NCBI RefSeq assembly: GCF_009914755.1
Contig: NC_060928.1
Direction: 5' to 3' (one strand)
From: the human T2T-CHM13v2.0 reference genome, Homo sapiens
Length of the DNA: 64,000 nucleotides
The translations under genes and the position numbers were made by a program. The notes under the pieces were generated by a model that saw only the letters and a list, made by a program, of their open reading frames with translations, did not search any database and was not told where the DNA came from. Below are positions 54,476 to 64,000 of the stretch, one piece after another (position 1 is the stretch's first letter; each line of letters begins with the position of its first letter).

Positions 54476-57399
54476 CAGAGGCTCTTATCTTCGCAACTAA
54501 AATTCTTCAAAACTTCAATTACTTAAATATCCCAATAATGATTTTTAAATACTGTAATCTAAGTAATGAAGGTAGGATACGGAAAACTCATGTTAACCTC
54601 AGTGAATAAAAGTCAACACATCGAAATTTCTCCAACAGCTTAGAGAAAAATGACCTGAACCATCTAAATCAGTTGTAGAGCACATTTCTCAGAGTACAAA
54701 AGTAAACGAATAAATCAATAATAAAACCAAGTAATTAAATCATATTCATATTTTTGCTAGCATATTTATTTTAGGACAGTTTTAGAATAAAGTGTGATGT
54801 TTTTAATAGTCCTTTGGAATTTCTGGTATATTTAACTAGTCTATAATTTCAAGTTCTTTTAATAGAATTCCTATATAAAGCATTAGGAGAAGATATTTTC
54901 CACTGGTAATCAGAAAAGAAAGTTCTGGTCTTGGCTCTGCAGTTGATTAGACAAAATCACTGGCAGGTTGTTGGTTAGCTTGGCTGCATTGGGTTGGTTT
55001 CTTCACATAGAAAATGAAAGGTCTGGCTAGTGATCTCTGTAGTTTCTTTTACCTCTAAAAGAAACCTCAAAAAATTGTTCTATCTCAGGTTCAGGCTTAC
55101 TGCCTAAAGTTTACATGATTACAAAAGGTTATGACTGCATATTTAGTTTTATGACATAGTATCAGATACATTTATGGTTTATTAGATTCCAAAATAACTT
55201 TGGTATTTAGTCAGGCATCCACCGCCATAGTTCCTGTGGGATGTACTTAACAATTCACCCTTAACAAAATTTTAAAGAATATTTAACAAAAGCAATAGAG
55301 ATTTCTTCCATAACTAAGACACTGACAAAAAGGCAATAAGCATTTAAACAATAAGCAAATAAGCCAAAGTGAAAGATAAAGAAATTTCCTTCTTCATCTG
55401 TATGTAGCTTGCTTTTTACCCTCTTCGGAGAGCTAAGAATAATGAATTTTTTTTCAGCGTCTTTGACTGATTTGCTAAGAAAATTTCTTACTTATGCATT
55501 ATAAACAGTTGGATATGGAAGCGTTCATTTCCTAATGTTGACAAAGCAAGTATTTAAAATGGAAAGAAAGATGCTCACTCATATGCAGATCCCAGTTCTA
55601 TGGCCAAATTCAAACCTAAGCCTACTGTTAGTGATGATGCAACTGAATATTCTATTGGCATGGTCATTTAAAATAGATTCTAAGCCTACTTTGAAATATA
55701 TTCTATGACATATTGAAATATCTTTAGTCTTTATTTTTACTAGCAAAACCCAAACTATATTTCCTTAAGCCAATTATGCTCAGCAATATTAGTCTGTAAA
55801 ATTTGCATGTGATAAGATGCACAGATGCCTGTTGACAAGTGATTCTTTAATTAAATCTCTTGATTTGAAATAAAAAAGCATACATTTAAAAAGAGGTTTC
55901 AAATCTACAAAATGGAGACATCTTGAAAAGCATGTGTTCTCTTTTCTGTGCGTTGTCTTATTTCAGTATGTTCTCCTCTATGGCATATAAAATCCTGCCT
56001 GTAAAATATTACCGTTTTATTAGGAAACATGAGGTCTAACAAAATTATCAGTTTCTCTAGGATATAATATTTAAATTTACTCTTTTTTTAATTGAGCAAG
56101 GATTAAAAAGACAATTATGAGATGTTCGCTTAAATAAACCTAAGGATAAAGCTCATGTAACAATCATCAAAATAGCCTAAAATTCTTAATTTGTCAATTT
56201 AACAAAATATAGTATTTTTAGTATCATCTTAAAATACGATAAGTTGATATGCAGCATCAACATTATACATATATAACAATGCACATATTTGTTATGGTAT
56301 AATGGCTTTCTAAATTAAATTTTGTTCATAATTTTAGTGCATTCTTCATAGTGTCATACATTAAAACAATTCAATCCTCAATATTTATTCCTTTTGTTTT
56401 AACCTCTAGCTATGATTATCATATGCAGAACTTTAGTGGAACATTTGTTGGTATTTAAACTCTGATAAAAGTTGCATCATCCTTTTGCATCATTACAGAC
56501 ATTTTGGGTAGCCTCAAATCTTGGTTTAAAATTGCATACTGTGCATAATATACTAGAATATAAATTGAAAACATACTACATGGATATAACTCAAAAAGAG
56601 GAAAATATTTATCCTCATACCTTCTCTAATTCATGTTTCCTATTCTTTTAAATAGCCTGATTTGAAGAAAAAATTACTCTTCACAGCTATATCTTAATGC
56701 TATATTAAATTTATTCTAACAAATCAAATATAACCCATCGAAATGTCAGAATACTCATCTTTTATACAGCTTCTTTTGACAATTATTGATGTTTTCAATT
56801 TTATATATTTAGTATGTTTTAGCATAAAAAGAAATGGAAAGTTTAGTTTTTACACTAAGGTCTATATTAACAAAATTATAAAATGTAATGGATAATTCAC
56901 TTATATACTGTATCCCTTTTCCATTTTACAGAAAATTGAAGAGCAGAGAATTTAAGTATCTAAGTTTACACAGCTCCATTCTATCTATGTAGTCTGGCTT
57001 CAGGGTATGTCCTCGATACTCTGAACAATCTTTATTCTCAAATAATGCTGCTATTTACATAAATTGTTGGCTATACCTCTAGTTATTTCATTAGAATTAG
57101 GTTACTAAAAGTGCTTTTTTTGATTCAAATAGATTTTCTCCAAATTTATATAATGCAGAAAATTTTTATTTCATCTAGGTTTTCATGTTTATTAGTTTCA
57201 AATTGCATGATGTATTCTCTAATCTTTTAAAAAATTATTATAACCCTTACAGTAAACTTCAGTTATGATTATTAGTATCATCTCTCATTTTTCTCAAGCT
57301 TATCAAGAATTTTCTATCTTGTAATTTTCATTTTTAGTCTCAAAGAACCAGCTCCCGAATTCAAGTATCAGTTCTGCTCGTTTTCTGTTTTCTTTTATT

Positions 57400-58300
57400 A
57401 TTAATGAATTATTTTAGGTTTCAAAGAGGTTGCTTTTTCTTCCTTTCTATAACTTCTTATTCTGAATGTGTGGCTGATTTATCTTCAATCTTGTGTTAGG
57501 TTACCTCTTAAAATAAGTTTAGACTTTATTCTATAAATTTTCATATATACTTTTTCTTTATTTTCTTAACAGTATGCACTTGAGATTCTTATTTACTCTT
57601 TGAGTTATCCCCTTCCTCCTGTCCCCTTACAAGAGTTTTCATTGGTTGATTGAAAGTTTTTGTCATTAATTACACTGTGGTCAGAAATTATTGGCTATCA
57701 AAATTTCTGCTCTTTAAGAACTTTTAAAGATAGCTGAATAATTTTTATAAAGTAGCAGAAATGCTTGATTGAGCTCTATATTATGCAAAATTTCACATAT
57801 GTATATAGGTGCTCATTTATTTGAAATCTTATTAATTTTACAAAATTCTCAATGCTATCTATCCTGTAAATTTTGTTATGGACATATAGTTATATGTATA
57901 AGTCCTATATTTCAAATGTGTTTACTTGTTTACCCTTGATAATGTAAGAATTTAAATTTATATGATTTGATAATACCGTAGATATGTTTATCTTTTTATT
58001 ATTGATCTTTCTGTGCCACTTTGTTTTAGGTATGACTCTTTTGCAAATGGTATAGTTCAACTAGGTTTTTTTTTTTAGTAGTTTAGCTTTTCTCAAATAA
58101 TTTAATCCACTTACATTTATTGTCCTAGCTGATTTGTTCTAGTATTGTTTTTGCTTTGTACTTTCTAATTTGGGAACTTGCTTTTCCTTTGGTTTCTGAC
58201 ATTGCTCTTATCTTTTGAAGGCATTCTGAATATAGCAATCCTATGCACAATTCTACTATGGTTGCTTCTCATGCCCATATTTCTCTCATTATTATTAAAA
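57400..58300 (-). mobile_element. Highly decayed L1M remnant
   Basis: T-rich tract with tacactgtggtcagaaa and ttaatccacttacatttattgt, typical of antisense L1 ORF2; boundaries uncertain. Confidence 0.5.
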
Positions 58301-58625
58301 ATATGGCAAAAAGTGCAATTACTTTCACGTCAACCTAATAAAATAAGAAAATAGACAAAAAAACCTCTTGACACCTGCTTCTATTTTCCTGTTTATGTAA
58401 GACAAGAAAATTATAGTTTCATTACTTTCTTTGCCTTTCCACCAATGCTTATAATCAGATCTCTAGGTCCTACTAATTTTTTTTTAAATTTATCTCTCAA
58501 TTAGCTGGGCACACACTATACTTGTATTTTACAAATATGTTTCTTCATTCAAATTATAGTTTTCAGATTGGCTTTTCAATCTCTGACTTTCACATCTAAC
58601 ATTATTACTCTGATAGTTTTGTGGG

Positions 58626-58924
<299 letters not shown>

Positions 58925-60644
58925 TAGTTTTTATCTTTATCCTGTTCCTTTTCATTCCAGAAGGGCGTCTCCAGTTTCTCTTTTATCATGTATTTGACTG
59001 ATTTTTAATCATTTCTCTTCTTTACTGCCTTCAACATAGTTTTTAAAGTCTCTTCTAAAACATTTCTAGGGTTGTTTTTCCCTCCTCATTTCAGCTGTTC
59101 TTTCTGTATCCCCAGCCTTTCAATTCCAAGCCTACTCTGCTTTAATGGCTTCCTACTGTTTCAAAAAGGTTTATGTCCTTGAGGATTTTTTGAGAAGATT
59201 AACAATATTAGTTCTCAAGTTTTCATCTGAATTTTATAAAAATCAATTCTCTAGATTCTGCTTTTATGCTGAGTCATTGAGGCAGATCATCCTTTCCCCT
59301 AGTTTGTAATTTTTCTTCATAGGTCCCAAATAGTTTCTTTGTGTTTAGTGGTTCTTAAGGTGGAACAATCAATCTAGGCAGAACCAGTTCCAACAACCTG
59401 GGAAGGTAGATTGTTCTTAGTTTATATAATTGTCCACTTGGCTGTGAGCAGATGCCTCCTCCTGGATTTAGATTTGAAGAGCCAGTATCTGAATCTGCCC
59501 TAGAATAATCTATAATGCCTACTTAGGTGGACTTGCTTTTTGGTCCAATTTTATGATTATGCTGGAGAATTGGAAACAAACTTGTGGTTTGTTTTGGGGT
59601 AGTGTACACTTGAAAGCACATATGAAAATCCAATAATCTTCTTCCCTTTATCCCTTTCTCAAATGCTTTTGCTAGGTGACTGAGCATCCCAGGAGAAGAA
59701 TCCCTTTCTTCCCCATTGTTCTGTACACTGAGTATTCTTGTCTGAATGGATATTGAAATAAAAAAGCTGATGAGGGCAGAGAGGTGAAAAACAATAAAAA
59801 CACAACTCGGCTCTAGATGGTTCAGAAAATAAGTTTCTGCTCAGTTGAGGAAATGTCACTAGCTTTTCTGATTAGTGCAATAGACAGTAGAAGAGAGCCA
59901 AGTCAGTTTTTCCTCCCTTCCTTTTCTCTTTGTGGCTATCTGTATTGTTTAGTTGGCAGAACATGAAGTCTGCAAGGTAAAAATATGTTTCTCCGTCCAC
60001 GCCATAGATGATGTGACTTTTGACATGGCTTTTCTTTATCATTGCTACAGAGCTGTCTCTAGAGTTTGTCTTTTATATCATCATTGGATATTAAATAGAA
60101 AGCTGGGAGTACTGTATCAGGCAAAGGCAGTCTGCTACCTGTTTAAACTAGAGGCTTACGTTTTATTAAAATCTGAAGTTCTACAAAGGGAAGTCCACAG
60201 AGAGGCAGGGAAACTGAGGAATGAAGTAACAAGAGACCTAGGCAGAATGGATATAAAGGTGTAATTTTCTACAAGTGAATTCTTCTTTATCATGCTGAGG
60301 TATAAAGAGGTAAAAATATGAAGAAAAGCATTTAAAATGTATATAATTTATCTTTCTCAGTATAGCTCTAAACATATGCTTAATATTTTTATTAACATTG
60401 TTAGAATTAAACCCAGAATCTATACTTACATCTTACTACGCAAAAAATAAATAAATAAAAAATAATGACTGGTGATTCTCAGATCAAGAACTCAATAATG
60501 AGTCTTAAAAATTGTATGACAAACAGTAGTAAACTTTGTAGCCATTCCTCAGTTATACTGTTGGTCTGGTTCTGTGTAGGCACCTAGCACGACCTGAGAC
60601 TTAGAATCCTGACCAATGAGACACAACCATCTTTAAAGAAATCC

Positions 60645-61680
<1,036 letters not shown>

Positions 61681-61751
61681 AAACCAAAACCAAAACAGCA
61701 GAGCTCCACAGGCAGGGGGGATGTGCCCCCTCCGTTTAGAAACACTATTCT

Positions 61752-62128
<377 letters not shown>

Positions 62129-64000
62129 CTAAAGACATCCAGATACCTAGCTGACTTTATCATCTTGCTAAAAAAGTGGATACTTAAATAAACAGCTTGC
62201 TTGTTTGTTCCACTTCTTAGTAGCCTAAAACAGGGTTTTGAATAAATATAATGTCTGGTATGCTACACTTCTCCAAAACTCTCCCATGTGATAATGAAGG
62301 ATTTTTACCTTAAAATAATCATTTAGAAAACATACAATATGCTTCTTAAGGAGAAAAACAAACTATTAGAAGTTAAAGCTAATGAAGCATAATACAAAAA
62401 AAAAATCACAAACATACAAATTCTAGCATAAGTTGTTTGGAAAGCCATTCCTCAGAAAAATTACCTAAAAATGCTTTAGAAAGAAGTTTTCTACATATCA
62501 GGAATAGCAGTGGCATGGTATAATATTCAGATCCCATCTAAATATCAAGTAATATTTTAATTTGAATTTAGCCAAAGTCATTTTTTTCTTTAACATAAAT
62601 GTACAGTTATGAGACTGAGAAAATCGATAGTTCCCAGGCTCTAGCAATTAAAAATTAACCAAATTAGAAACAGTAAGTCTATCTGCAAAACAGCTAACTT
62701 AGAAATAAATCCATCTGATGCTCCTTCAGGAAAATTAGAAAACAGATGAAACACCAAAGCTGACCTTAATCCAAACATGCTAAATTAATAATTTAGCCTC
62801 AGTTTGCACTGTGAGTATTAAAACTTGGGCTGATATTTTAAAAGATGGTCAATTCCAGGATTTTCATGGAGCATTAAATGAGAAAACGAAAAGAGAGGAA
62901 GATCAGTGCACCTGCTAGAAGACAGGTGTTAGGTAAGCAAGGACCAAGTTTCAGATGCCAGGTGAGTTATTTAGAGCCCAATGAACAAAACTGGTCTATA
63001 GCCCCTGAAGCACACATCCTCAGATTTTGATAAAGCACATTAAACACAGGTTCTACATATGCAAGTTATATGTATAATCCAGGAATTTGTAAAGAAGGAG
63101 TTCAAGGATAGAAGTCTGATGAAATGGGATAAGGATGGGATCTGATCCTGCTCATAGGACCATGAAAGTGGTGTAGGGGAGGTGGGAGCTGGTAGAGATG
63201 AGGAGAAACAGCAAAAGGAGATGCAGAACCCGAGTCTTAGTGGAAACCAAACACTGAAATCCAAACTCAGGCTTGCAGACACTGAAAACTCAGGCAAACA
63301 GAAGTAGAGCAGCAACAGATCCTAGACAGATCTGACTGGAGGCCAGGTAAAAGAATGCAGACAATAAAAGGTTGAACATGGCACAGAAGAACACCACCAC
63401 CAAGTTGTTTTGATGCTCAGCTGAGCAACTGAGGTAGGGGCCCTGTTGTTTGGGATTGCAGCCTAGACTATAAGAGAGAACAGGGTATGAACATCCTGGC
63501 CAAGAACATTCTCCACCTTAAGTGTGCAGGTCATGTCTATTCTGCTGTAGTCTTACTAAGGGTTTGGCATAACCTATTTTTCCTTTTCATTTCCCTAATC
63601 ATTTCAACTGGGCTGGTAATCCCTAATAAGCGTCTGGGGAACAATGACACCTACTGTTTGAGCTCCTATAACTGCAATTAACTTGCTACATGGAATGGTG
63701 GCAGGTGTAGATTGATAGCTACTGTTTCCTTCCTTTGCAAAAAATGACAAATGGCTCTGTGGTGAGTTAAGTTGGAGAAGTTCTGAAATTAGAGATGACA
63801 GAGTTATCACAGAAGATATTTGATTTAGAATAAAAATATGAGTGTGTGTCTATTTATAACAGCCCTACCATATTACAGAAAGGACTGAAGGTAACTGAAA
63901 TATATGGTAGACTAACATGGGATTCAGGCATGACTGTTCAATGAGAATATCACATTATAGAAACTGAAATTCCATAAAGTGATAACAAGAGCAACATAAT

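Overview
Primate (human-like) genomic DNA lying entirely inside the minus-strand gene FAM13A. I traced twelve coding exons with canonical GT-AG ends and mutually consistent phases (51939-51980 down to 716-811). Together they encode the central to C-terminal part of the protein, from AHVPQVSNVSATG to RANTIPII, including the RRRSSS basophilic phosphosite and the FAM13 coiled-coil region. The gene start and last exons lie outside the window. The rest is AT-rich intron containing ten Alu dimers plus one FLAM monomer (several with target-site duplications), L1PA/L1MA/L1MB/L1ME and L2 remnants, MIRs, MLT1 LTRs, and Tigger4a, MER47A, MER5 and MER91 DNA elements. There is no CpG island, RNA gene, CRISPR array or second protein-coding gene. 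I found no clearly new biological system. The best leads are RNA-processing features: inverted Alus around a 435-nt three-exon block that would give a stop-free circular ORF; an RNA G-quadruplex just after the 42-nt microexon; an in-frame alternative acceptor next to the RRRSSS site; an AluY inserted at a branch point; a recursive-splice-type exon; and an unexplained 93-nt diverged direct repeat bracketing one exon. Repeat subfamily names and old-repeat boundaries were judged by eye and are approximate.
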